Counted from the first letter of the stretch, positions 1 through 13,000 are shown. The stretch is 64,000 bases of DNA from Balanoglossus misakiensis (GCA_040954595.2 CM082596.2:3651025-3715024), one strand, 5' to 3'. Program-made: numbers and translations. The notes: a model not told the origin generated them from the sequence alone.

Positions 1-742
1 GTGAACCTTTTATATTTGAATTTATTCTGAATTTTACTTCACAAGTTTTCCCCAAAATGCATCATCATCCACCATGCCGAACTTTGTCAGTTGTGATGTG
101 CACCATCGTTGATGGAACAACACTCCTTTCAGGAACATGCATTACTTTATCCAGCCTTGATGGGCAAACAAGTTCCACTTGACGTGAATTAGGAAATACC
201 AACTCGCAAGATCGAAGAAAGTCCCAACAAATGCCACACAAAGGTTGCAGTGTGCAGACAAAACTCATCCATCATATTGTGCCATTGCCAAAATGCAAGT
301 GACAACTCATTGGCTGATCACAACGTGAATTAACTGTAGTTGTGAACTACCTCAATGTTAGCCGTGACAGTCACACCAAAACAAAAAGTGCGTTAAATTA
401 CCTCAAGTTGTGACATAAAACATAGTAAATGTATCAAATTCACAGTGAACAAAATGGTGTACAACGCCATGCAATATAAATAAAACACAAATCACACATT
501 GTACTCAATCTTATTAAACAAAGTATATCCACACTTGTGAGTTTTACACTGCAAACATCTAATATATATAATGTGTGTCGATGTTAACACTTGCACGTGG
601 ATTGTGCAAGATGTGTGTTCATCAAAACCATAGAATACATTGGATTTCCATAACTGTCATCCTTAAACTGCAAAAAATGCATGCCACCCTCAAGCAACAT
701 CACCCAGAAAACCAAACAAATTAATTTGCACATAATAATTAC

Positions 743-1024
743 CTTTATAAACCAATCCAGCTGTGGTTTTCTCATCTTCAACTTTACATGTGTAATCAGC
801 TTCGTCTTCTGGTTGAACATCATGGATAGTCAGAGATCTCCTCCTGCCTTCAACTTTGAACTCATACTTCTCAGATGGTTGGATTTCCAGCTGATCTTTG
901 AACCACTTAGCTTCTGCAGTCTCATCCGAAACTTCACATTCAAAGATTACGTCCTGTTCAGCAGTGGCAGTCTGGTCTTCTAGTTCTTCCTCAATGGTTA
1001 TCTTGGCCTTGGCTGGTTTTATTT
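743..1024 (-). CDS. Exon: Ig domain, N-variable type (FECEVSDETAEAKWFKD)
   Basis: catcAG acceptor, AAAG|GTAATT donor, 282 nt, phase 1-1. Confidence 0.9.
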
Positions 1025-4000
1025 CTGATGAATCAAGAAAAGTCAAGTCAGAAGAAAATAACATTAAATAAAACTGCAGTATATCATACATCACCTTTTT
1101 TTTGATGAAGTTTTTACTAGATTTATTCAGAGACCATACTATAAATTATGCTCTATTGATAAGTTAGACCACTACCAGTACCCTGTCTCTGATTTTCTTA
1201 ATCGGACATTCAATACTTCACTATTAATTTGAAAAAGTGTAAATGGCACTGCATTTAAAAAACCTTACCATCAACAAGGAGTTCTGCAGCTGTCACCAAG
1301 TCTCCAAGTTGACAAGTGTACTCGGCCTCATCATGTACAGTTGTGTCTTTCACAATGAGGGAGCGTCTCCTTCCTTCAACCTTGATGATAAACCTGTCGT
1401 CATCGGGTTCAATCACTTTGCCATCCTTCAGCCAGACCACTTCAGCTTTCTCATCGGACACTTCACACGCGAGTTCAGCAGGTTCCGTCTCGTTGACTTC
1501 GACATCAGTCAAGTCTTGGGCAAATGAGAATGTTGGGATTTCTCTTTCTTCAGGAATGGTTTCTCGGGCCCTTGCCAGAATCTGTGGCTTCTCCGCCTTC
1601 ACCTCTTCCAGTTTAGTTGGTGCTTCCACGGCTTCAACCACTTGTTCTTTCTCCCAAGGTTGGAGGTCAGGCCACTCCATTTCCTCTTCTTGTTGTTTCT
1701 TCAACCATTCAATGTGTTTCAGGATGACACGGAAGTCATAGATACCATGTTCCATCAACACCTTCTCATAATCTTTGGGATTGACTCCTTTCAGTAATTC
1801 ATTGATGTCAATATCCTCCACAGGAACCTCGACTTTCTTGGCTTCTGATGGACGTCTAAAAATCAAGCAAATCATATTCCATACAGCACATTCTATCATA
1901 TGTTTAAGCAGTCAAGACAATCAATCAATATTTTCATTTCCTAATGTGAATTGCATTGATTACACTCAAGTACATGTAAGTGTGACTGTTAATAATCAAA
2001 CATTTCAGAATCAGCTATATGGCACAGAACTCTCCCCTACCTCTTCAAAACTTGAGTGAACTGTGGCTCTTCCTCTGGCTTTTCGTCCACCATCAGAGAT
2101 GCATGGGCTTTGTCCTCACCAAGTTTGTTGCTGATCTTTGCTGTGTATCTGCCAGCCTCGTCAACCTTGGCTGTCTTGATCGTCATGAAATACTCATCAG
2201 TCTCTTCATCATGTGAGACGGTGACATCTTTTATATCTGCCATCTTTCTCCATCCTTTACACCATTCAATTGTCGGTGTTGGATTTCCACCAACTTTGCA
2301 ACGGAACGTAACCGATTCACCTACAAGAGTTACATTGTACATTTCATATCATTTTAAGGTAAGTTTGGCATTCACTGTTCAAATGCATCATTACAAACAG
2401 GTCATGGTAAAATAAGAACTGCACTGAAATATTTTATAAAACCAAGCTGTGTTTTCACACCCGTACATACCTTCAACAACATGACATTTTTGAGGTGGTT
2501 CAATGAAGTAGGGAGCAACCTCCTTTGGTAGACCTACTTCCTCAGTTGCTGTAAAAATTCAATAAATTAATATGGTCCTTAGAGGAATTTTTCATTGCTT
2601 ATACTATAGGTCCAATAATGTACATGTGCTTTACACATAACAATAGGAAGTTGATCTCAATAACATAAAACAACTAAACCTATTATACTGGTAATAATCA
2701 ACTTATCCATTCAAGTAACAAAGTCTTACTTTCAACAAGTACTTCTGCTGCACATTCAGCTTTACCAACTTTATTCTTGGCTCGGCATGTGTATTCTGCA
2801 TCGTCAGAAAGACTGACATCCAGGAGGGTGAGGGTGTACTTGTTACCGTCACGTTCCATACGTACTTTATCACTTGGTGTTACCTCATTGTCATCTTTAA
2901 ACCTATAGAGTCAGATGACAAAATCATTAATAAAACACATCTAGGAATGCAAGTCATTTTGTTTTGTGATGTGATCCAACATGGGCAACTGATTACGTTA
3001 TAACATAGCAACTTTGTAAAATGTACATGCTAATATTTTCACTATTCCTTTTCATTCAAATCACGAGCAATTAACAACACTTGGTAAAACACCTCATTAT
3101 GTTGAGAAAACTTAAGAAATTACTCCATGCAGAATATCCATCTGTTACAACTCACCAAGCCACCTCAGGTTCCGGTTTTCCAGTCACTGTACATTCAAAC
3201 GTGGCCTGTGTGCCTTCAACAGCTTCAGTGTCTTGGATTTTGGTGACAAATTTAGGAGCTTCAAACACTTCTTCTGGTATCTCTTCTGGAGCTTCTGTAT
3301 TTATTACAGTGAAAACAAGAGTTCATAACACTGATACAATACCAACAGAGTTCAACATGGCATCGTGTATTGGCAACAAATGCAATTGCACATAACATTC
3401 ATACAAGCCAATGCATCATTTCAATACAATCCTAAAAAGCCTTCCTTTGGCAGTATTGCTTTTCTGGAAGGTTTTTGGAATTGTTCAAAATGGTCATAGC
3501 AGATTAAACACATAAAACATTGCAGCATTGCTTAGCCAGTATATGTAAAGCATTGCAGAACAAAATGAGACAGTTGTCATGGCAATAATAAATGTAGTAT
3601 TTTAGCAACAATACATAATATAGACATATTAAAGCCAGGCATCGCAGTTGTACTCTTCGCTATCCTGCAACAAAAGAGTGTTAGTTAATATTAATTTTTC
3701 AGATCTCTTTCAGATGACAAGTAAGTCATGCAGAAAGAATGATTGGTTGAGGTTTGTACCCTCGACTTTGAGTTCAGCTCTGGTCTCAGCCTCTCCAGCA
3801 GGGTTGGTGGCTTTGCAAGTGTATTCACCATCATCATCAGGGAATACTTCAGCTATGTCAAGGACTGCTGTGTCATTCTCATAGGTCTGTTTGAAATCTT
3901 CCGATGGCTCAATCAGCTGACCATTTCTGTGGATAAAAAGCGCAGCTTTTGAAATGCATTCTGATTGAAATACATACATGTACAAAGATACAACCACAAG

Positions 4001-7000
4001 ATTTATAAATGTTACAAATAAATCCTACACATCATTTCAGCACCAAATGAACACAATGTTGCATGTTGCACCGAGCCCAATACTTACCTGTACCATGACA
4101 CTTCAGGAACAGGTTTACCAGTAACTTTGCAGACTATTCTCACCACTTCTCCATCCTTGACGACCTGTGATTTGGATCAAAGGTGTATATATTAAACTGT
4201 AATAAATGTCTGAATGTTTGTACTGCTTAACACATAATCCATGATACTATAACATTGATAATATACTATAAAACATCTCGAATACACTTGAGATTTTATA
4301 TTGGTTTTCTTCATAGGTTAATCCCCAATATTATGGCATGAAATGGCGTCTCTTCACAGTGTAGACAGAGGCTTTTCTGTCTTTTTTGTGTACATTTGAA
4401 TCATGCATTAGCCTTCTACAAATCCTTACCTTATCCACGAGATCATCAATCACATATGGAGCAACCAGTTCTGAAATGCAATCAACATAAAACATGTGGA
4501 AGGGGAATTCCTCTGCTTTGAGAACCATCAAGCATTTTGTTGTTGTATATACCTCTGTCTGGGTTTTCTTTGTGTGTGTGTTGGGCAAAATGATTAGCTT
4601 GTAGACAATTAAAATGTTTACATGTTGTACATTATTCTTGGTACAAAACATATATACACCTGAAAAAAGCTCACTCTGACTCAGACAAGTTCAAGTTTGG
4701 GAAAGGATAGAATGTTATAAGGCGACTGTGAAATGTGTGGATGATGTAATAATGGAAGGAAACATTTCAAACATTTACAGATGCACATGACAAATACGAA
4801 ACAGATTAACCTATGAAATATACAACAGTTGACAGAACTTTACATTAGATTGTTTGCATTATGCTGTTTTGTCTTAATTCGATTTTTTGTTAAACTGTCA
4901 GATAATTATGCAGATTCCCGCTTGCAGATCAGAAGCTAGTTGTTGCTTTTGAGTCACTTAAAAGTGCAGAAAAATAAAACAATATCAAACATTTCTTTGT
5001 ACAATTCCAGTTACTGTATAAAAGGTATCAATCTGATTATTCTATAGGATTATAGTCTACTGAAAGGAATGTTCTGAATTTTCGTTATTAAATAAGACGA
5101 TACAGATAAGCAAATACACATCATGTGAGGAGGCTTAGATGGTGAAAGTTGGACAGACAAGATGGCAGTGAAAGAAGCGGACAGGTGAGAGAGCAAAGTT
5201 CAGCAATCATTCAGTAAAAGACAAAGAGATCTACAAACTACAAGTAGCAAGCACGACACATGACACTTGTTTCTCAGTTCAATTCATGCACTATATTCCA
5301 ACTGTTAATATCAAATGATACATATCTGCAATCTATGTAGGTACATACACAGTTAATAATAAAAACACCATCTGCAAGAATTGGTATGCAAAAGATACCT
5401 CAGCCTCTCTGTATATCACCGATATATTATAAATTTGCATATTCAAAATGTCTGCATGTCAAAATACAAAGTGTTGGTTAATAGAACAGAATTAGAGTTA
5501 AAACAGCAGAGGCACACTCGATTTAGTTCCACACTTTTTGTGTTAATGCACAGAGTGGTATATACTATAGTCATTGAAGTGCTTGTTAAAGGTAGATCCT
5601 TTGTTAACACTCGTATTTCTCAAATACTTTTCTTCAAAGTGAGTGTAGAATATACAAGCTAGCAAAGAAGACAGGTGTGAAATGCTATCTGTACTTTGAC
5701 ACCATTACAGTCAGGACTTTCCAACTATAAAACGTTTGTGACTGCCAGGAGTTGATAAAGTATAACATCACAATATACAGACACAGCAAATAAATAAATA
5801 AAAAAATAAATTTATGAAATATATGGCTGTTGCAATGTTAACACATACTGGATGTCTGATAAACATGGAGATGTGACTGTTTTATGGTGATTTCAATGCA
5901 GTGCACAATGGACAAGGCCCTGTATAGTGTGACAGTGATAACATGCTTGCACCAAAGTTTTTGGTTAATGTCAAAATTAAAAAAAATATGAGTGCAATAT
6001 TGTTTTCAAATGCAATGTAAATATTGCAGATATTTCACTATCAACAAAAAAGTGGAAGTTGTCAATTTTGACAAGTAAAGAGGAAAGCACAGATCAGAGA
6101 TATTTGCATAGACAAAATAAAACTCAGAAAACAGTGAATAAATAAATTATAAATACAGAGAAATCTCTACGAAATTCAGCCTCAAAGTGTAAGTACTACG
6201 TAAAAATATTGATAAAATAAAATATTTCCTTTTGTTTTGGTCCCTCCAACCTTAATCTCTCTGTTCTCAGAACAAAAAGTACTTTTAAAACAAACTTGGT
6301 CCTCATAGAATGTAATTTTAGGTAATTTATTAGAAATTTTGTTCTGTGTATCAGCTGCAGTTTATTATTCTGTTCTACTACCAATAACATGATAAATTTC
6401 CCACCATTCTGCCGGTTAACATACTATGTAAGCCATGCCTATACTAAAAACTGACATTTCATCATGCCAAAAGTAATAGTTAATGGAGCGTTTTTGATAT
6501 CATGAGTTCATGCAGACTCTGCAACAACTTTCTTTTGATCTGCAAGGACGTTCATAAATAGTTTTATAACTGTCTTGATTCTCAATATGACCACGACTTG
6601 AATGAAAAGAACCTCTGGTCAAGTATTCTTTCAAGTCAGTCTGAGACATCTGGACTACTTGTCTTCAATTTGACAATAAATAATTCCATGAAATGGTGTC
6701 ATATGATTTAAGGGCAGTTTTGATCTCTTGATGTTCAAAGGTTTAAGGTTAAAGAATTAAAACCATCACATAGCATAATGCAATAAATAAGATCAAGAAT
6801 AAAGAAATATCCCAATCCAAGGAAAGGGCTAGGATACCTTCAGGTATTTCTTCAATCTTCTCTGGCTCTGTAAAGTTAACAAAACAAATACCAAATTGTC
6901 AGTATAAAAGTCATATACTTTATTTCAATTTTTTAAAGCTACTTTCTAGTAAAGTATAATAGTGCTTGAAACTATGGAAATAAGACTAGTAATTTGTCTG

Positions 7001-10000
7001 TTTCAACTGCAGAACCACAAACACATACCTGGTTCTTTGAGAGTGGAGACAGTATCAGACTCAGGGCTTGGTTCACTGATTCCGATGGCATTCTTGGCTC
7101 GGATGCGGAATGCATACTGTGTGTCTGCAGTCAGGTTCTCCACCAGGTAAGTTGTCGTCTTGTGACTGGTTGCCAGCACCGTCCATTTGTCTGTTGACAC
7201 CTCAAGCATCTCCACCACATATGCAGTGATGGGGCTCCCTCCGTCCGATTCCGGTGGTTGCCACGACAATGTCAAGGTAGTTCTGGTGATGTCACTTATG
7301 TCAGGCTTTCCTGGTGCTGATGGTTTGTCTGAGGAATCGGAAAGATCATGTTATATTTTGAAGAATATTCAGGCAGGCGCTTTATGCAATGGTCATGAAC
7401 TCAATTAAACAACATCTTTCTCTTACCTAAAACAGTGATTTTCAGTTTATGTTGGTCCATGGCATGAACATTCTCAACTTCAAACGAGTACTCTCCTGCA
7501 TCTTCTGGTTGGATGTCCTTTATTGTGAGAACTGAGAATGTCTCAGTGACTTCCACTTTGAATCGGTCTCCTGTTTCTATCTCATTGTTTCCATGATACC
7601 AGAAGGTATCCGGAGTAGGGATTCCAATGAAAGTACATTTAAGAGGGACTGACTCTCCTCGTTTCACTGACATGCTAGCAGGTCCTTCAGTGATCTTAGC
7701 TGCCACTGCAAGGTAGACAAAGAGGAGCACTCCTGTTATGCTGTCTTCACATACTTCAAAAAGGTGTTTGTTTGCTTGCTTGCTTGTTTGTTTTTTGAGA
7801 AATTAGTTTGTGACAATCAAAGAGACTTGGTAACATGTCAGTGATATTTAGCATGCAAAGGGGGATGGGCTCAAAGCAACCCGCCAGGTTGAGTATATAG
7901 CCACTGCAGCAGTGAATGTTTAGTCTTGTTTTGTTGTCATAGTTCCCGCCATCCACAGCAATGACTCCACTTCTTTTCAGGAATGGTCTCACATCAATCC
8001 ATCTCTCTCCCTCCAGTAACCTCCACCAAAGCCAAGCTGCAGCAGCAGGTATTGCATTTATGTGTATAATGTGCTCATGCAATTTCTAACAGCTGGGGTA
8101 TATTGTAGGAAGAAAGGGGTATCACACAACTCAAGGTGCATATCACCAATCCAGTGCTCACATACTCGATGGATTGGATGAGTCTGGACTAAACATGCAT
8201 GAGTTAATATGTGTGCTGTATACGTTATGAATTGCTGAGTACAACACGGTTAATTGCGAAAATATGCATTATGTGAGTAAAACATGAAGTGAAATCATTA
8301 GCTATATAAATATTGCAGTTATTTGTTTTATGCTTAAACATTGTGAAAGTTTGTGTAATTGTGTCTGCAATGAGTTTGTAGATGTTGAGCAAAGTAATGG
8401 CAGCTAATCAACAACAAACATGTTTTCAAATACAAACAATATATACGCGTGAGAGAAAATATGGATACACATGACAAAAAGTGAACTCTTGTTTTGCCCA
8501 GCAAGAGAATATACAGCAGAAACCATGGGCACTACAGCAGCAGACACTACAAGTGGCTGAAAAGAAAAAGTCGTGCAGGAGAACAGAATGCTAGGCAAAA
8601 GAATGGCAAAATGAAAGTGGGTAGATAGTATAGATATTAGCAAAGCTACAACAATCTGGGGTGAAATGGGATGGCCTTTATGTTCTATGATTCTAGCATC
8701 CAATCATTACATCTAATAGGACCAAACCAGGATATTCCATATCATAAACAGTCAGATTTATTGCAAAGAAAATCTTTTACGACAAATCTAAAATGTTGGA
8801 AAATAAATATTAATTCATTTACAATGTTGATAAGTAAGTAAATTGATACTACACAAATTTAAGGTCAATTTAAAGGAGGTCATTTCAGGGTTGTGGGGTT
8901 TTTATCAGCAGTGATTAACGGCTATACTACAGCAAAAATATATATATTTATAATTATGTTTTAAAACATGCCTTGGGCGGGATATATTAAACACCTTTAA
9001 GGGTCTAAAAATAAACTAATGCAACTCTCTCTTGTTTCTACAACTAGACTAGACTAATCAGAAAATCCATGCGAACCTGTAGATATTATATTCAATAAAA
9101 TCTTCAGTCCCTTCACTTTTTAACAAGGTTCACAAAAAGTTTAATTTATAGATAAATTCTCTTTCTAAATACTTTTGACAATTTGGGTTAACTTGCATTA
9201 CCGATTCTGCAATTTCATAGAACAGTGCTAGTGCTATGACAACTGTACCTAGCTTAAACAAAGCACAGATTGTTGACGGAAAGTTTTGAAAAATGAACAA
9301 GAAAAGCACTAGAGAAACACTTTATAGTAACTGCGAATAGGATCAACAGGGTGGATGTACACCATACCTGTGCAGAGAAAAGGAAAAGAAAACCAGACAC
9401 AAAACCATAAGAAACCACCAGAAAAAAAAAGTAATTTAAGAGCAGAGGACATTGCTGTGTGCTGGACAACCACTTGGGAATAACAGTAATCTAGTGCAGA
9501 AAACATCACATAAGTAGAATTGTTCGGGACACATACACCTGGACACAAACCCATGGTAAACTTACCCTGACCTAAACTGATAGTTAGTGAATCTACAGAG
9601 GGAGAGTATCCAGGGTTATGTATCCTTATGCCAGAAGTGTACAGGTACTTACCTTGAAGTTCAAGATCAGCGGACGTCTCTGCCTGACCGACTTTGTTGG
9701 TGGCTTTGCAGGTGTAGGTAAGGATATCTTCCACTGTGACTTCATTGATTGTCAGCTTGCAAACTCCATCATCTGTGTATTCCACATGGTAACGTCGGGT
9801 TGGGATAATCTTGGCTTTCTTCTTGAACCACTGTACTTCTGGCCTTGGTATTCCTGTCACCTTGCATTCAAGAGTAACGCTGGAACGTTCCAGAGCTACA
9901 GTCGTTTGAAGTTCTTTGACAAACTCGGGAGGTACTCGTAAAATGGACACTGCAAATGTTGCCTTGGCTTCTCCAAGTTCATTTGTGGCTTTGGTTGTGT

Positions 10001-13000
10001 ATTTGCCAGCATCTTTCTCTTTCAAGTCGTTGATGACAAAAGTGTGTTCATCCTTCTCATCATCATAGCCGACGGTGTAGTCTGCCCCTTGTTGGCAATG
10101 CTTCCAACCCTTAAACCAGCCAACAGTCGGTTCTGGGTTTCCAACCACAGTGCACTTAACTGCAGCTGGCTTACCTGAAAAGATATATAATGCAATGCGT
10201 TTACTCTTTAATTCTATAATTGCTGATGTTGAAAGATCAACCTTTACAACATGGACACACACAAACACACTCCAAAGACGATACACCTTAGAAATTATAT
10301 GGACATTGATTTTAAAATTACTAAATAAACAGAATCAGAAATAGTCTTCTTTACCTTCTGGTTCTTCACAGTCAGTGGGTGTCACAACAAAAGCGGGTGG
10401 CCTCTTTGCAACTGTTGACAAAAAAAAAAATATATCAGTCACACATTCACAATAAGAACTTCAGGGATGAATAAATGGACACATTCACACATACAGGTAT
10501 ATAGTAAACACAACAATGAGAACTTCTGTCCATCAGAAAATTATAAAAACACATTCTTTCATTTTGCATTACAAAAGATAATACTCTTGATCAATATTAA
10601 ACTTATTTTTAACACACCTTCAATTTCCAGTTTGGCAGTGGTTGTTGCTTCACCAACAGAATTCACAGCTTTACAGACATAAACGCCAGCAAATTTCACA
10701 GGTGTTCTCTTCACTATCAGGAGACACAAATCATCATCAGTATGGTCTATTGTCACCAAGTCACTTTCTTCAAGTTCAACATCATCTCTGAACCATGTCA
10801 CTTTGGGTCGGGGACGTCCAGTGACTTGACATTCAAAGCGCACGTTTTCACCTTCGATGATGCTGATCGTAACGAGTTCTTTGATGAATTTAGGAGCTTC
10901 TCTGATCGGTTCAATTGCAATATCGGCTCTTGTGACAGCCTCTCCAGCAGGATTGACTGCTTTACAGATATACTCAGCTTCATCAGCGACATCTGTTTCA
11001 TCAATCGTCAAGGTGCTTTGTTTGTCCTGTGGGAATTCCACTTTCACATGTTCATCGGGGCTGACTTCATCGTCATCCTGGTACCATGTCAGAGTCGGTG
11101 TAGGCACTCCTGTTACCTGGACTTCCAGATGTAGTGGTTTCCCTTCATCAATTGTCATGGGGGTCAGTTCTTTTACAAATGTCGGAGGCTCCATTGGAAG
11201 CTCGCTGACTTTTTCTTCCATTATCTCTTCAACCTTGGCCTCAACAATAACAGGCTCTGGTCTCTCTTCTTGTTTCAGTGTGATTTCAACAGTCAAATCT
11301 TCTTCCTCTTTTTCCACTTCTGCAGTCACTTCAGTAACCATCTTTTCTTCTGGAGCTTTGATTTTGAACTCCACTTCCTCCGTTACTTCTTCTTCAACTT
11401 CAACGTCTACCTCAGCTCTTGGTCGTTCAAGTTTAAACTCAACCTCCACTTGTTCCTCTTCACTGGGCTTCTCCACAACCATTTCAACTTCAGAGACAGC
11501 CTCTTCTCTCTTAATCTTGAACTCGACCTCCTCCGTCACCTGCTGTTCCACCTCAACTTGAACCTCTGCTCTGGGACGCTCAAGTGTAAACTCAACTTCA
11601 ACAGGTTCTTCGGCAACGGGCTTGACGATGGCCACGTCGACTTCAGTGACAGCATCCTCCGTGACGACCTCTTCCACAACTGGCACAGTAATCAAAGATT
11701 CCTCTTCAATCTCCTCTTTCAATGGTTCCTCCACTTTTACCTCTGCCACCTCTTCGACTTCTTCCACAACAGGCTCTGGTTCAGGTTCTGGTTCTGTGGA
11801 TGAATGATGTCCAGATAGTGAAATTACTATATGTTCTCACTATAACGTTTCACATAAAATTTAAATTTAAATAGTACGCAGATAATAGATAAACTGGTAA
11901 AAAAATTGACAGGCCCATTACCTGGAGTTGGTGGTTTTTCCACAAGTGTCACAGTAAAGGCAGCTTTGGCCTCTCCCAGTTCATTGGTAGCTTTGCACAC
12001 ATATTTACCACCATCTTTAGGTTTACTCTCATCGATGATAAAGACATGTTCATCAGTGTCTTTTTCATAGGTCACTGTGTACTCTTTGCCTTGTTGACAG
12101 TGTTTCCATCCCTTGTACCAGGTGACAGTAGGTGTGGGGATGCCTTTCACTCTACAACGAATCTCAGCTGGATGTTCTGTTGAAAAAATGTTTCACAAAT
12201 GTGTATTAAGAATTAGGAGATATGTTAACCTATGTAGTTTCAAATAGGAAGTACACATCAGCTTGTACTGAACATTGAAATATTTTATAATAAATACTCC
12301 AATTCCAACCTACCTTTGACTGCTTCTGTGTCTTCAGGTTTCTTGATAAACTCTGGTGCACATTTTGCAGCTGGTTACAGAAAATAAAAATCAATGAATC
12401 AATTAACTAATTGACACACTAGACGATCTATTATTGAAACAGTCACATCTCCTCATAAAACAAGAGCATCTCACCAACAGTTTTGATGAAATAATGTTGA
12501 ATTAAATCTACAGAAAATGTCCTTTTGGTACATTCAATACCATTTACAATTTAACAAAAACATTACAGGGCCTAAAACTACACAAAAAGTAGGATACTTA
12601 CGCATGACAAAGAGTTCAGTTCTGCAAGAGTCTGATCCCACTTTGTTGACTGCCTTCACTTCGTATTCTCCTTCATCATCCATGCTCACTTCAGCAATCA
12701 AGAGTTTACAGATACCACTCTCACTGTATTCTACAACATAGTGATCATCAGTTTCAAGTTCAATACCATCCAAATACCAGGTCACTTCTGGTCGTGGACT
12801 TCCTGTCACTTCACATTCAAACACCACACGTTGACGTTCTTCAACTTCCTGTTCTTTGGGTTTTCTGACAAAGACTGGTGGTTCCAGAGCTTCTTCAATT
12901 GTTGGTATTTCTTTCTCAGCTTCATGAGTTTTGAAAGCAGCTTGAATCTCCATTGCTGCTTCTTCAAGTTGTTTTTCAGCAAGATCAATGTCCAGAACTT

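Noticed and set aside
65-400. 67-aa ORF and a twice-occurring ACGTGAATTA
   Set aside because: No splice-compatible Ig/Fn3 signal; the repeat is too short to be significant
7756-8082. 108-aa minus-strand ORF (AAAAWLWWRLLEGERW...) in the intron
   Set aside because: Only a weak phase-compatible acceptor (8037) and no recognisable domain; not supportable without reads
9005-9014. MEF2-like site CTAAAAATAA
   Set aside because: Single AT-rich 10-mer, expected by chance in these introns; no supporting cluster
12534-12601. Hydrophobic read-through tails after the array exons (RKYPTFCVVLGPVMFLLNCKWY)
   Set aside because: The donor is a strong GTAAGT, and tail length and stop position differ between copies, as expected for intron sequence
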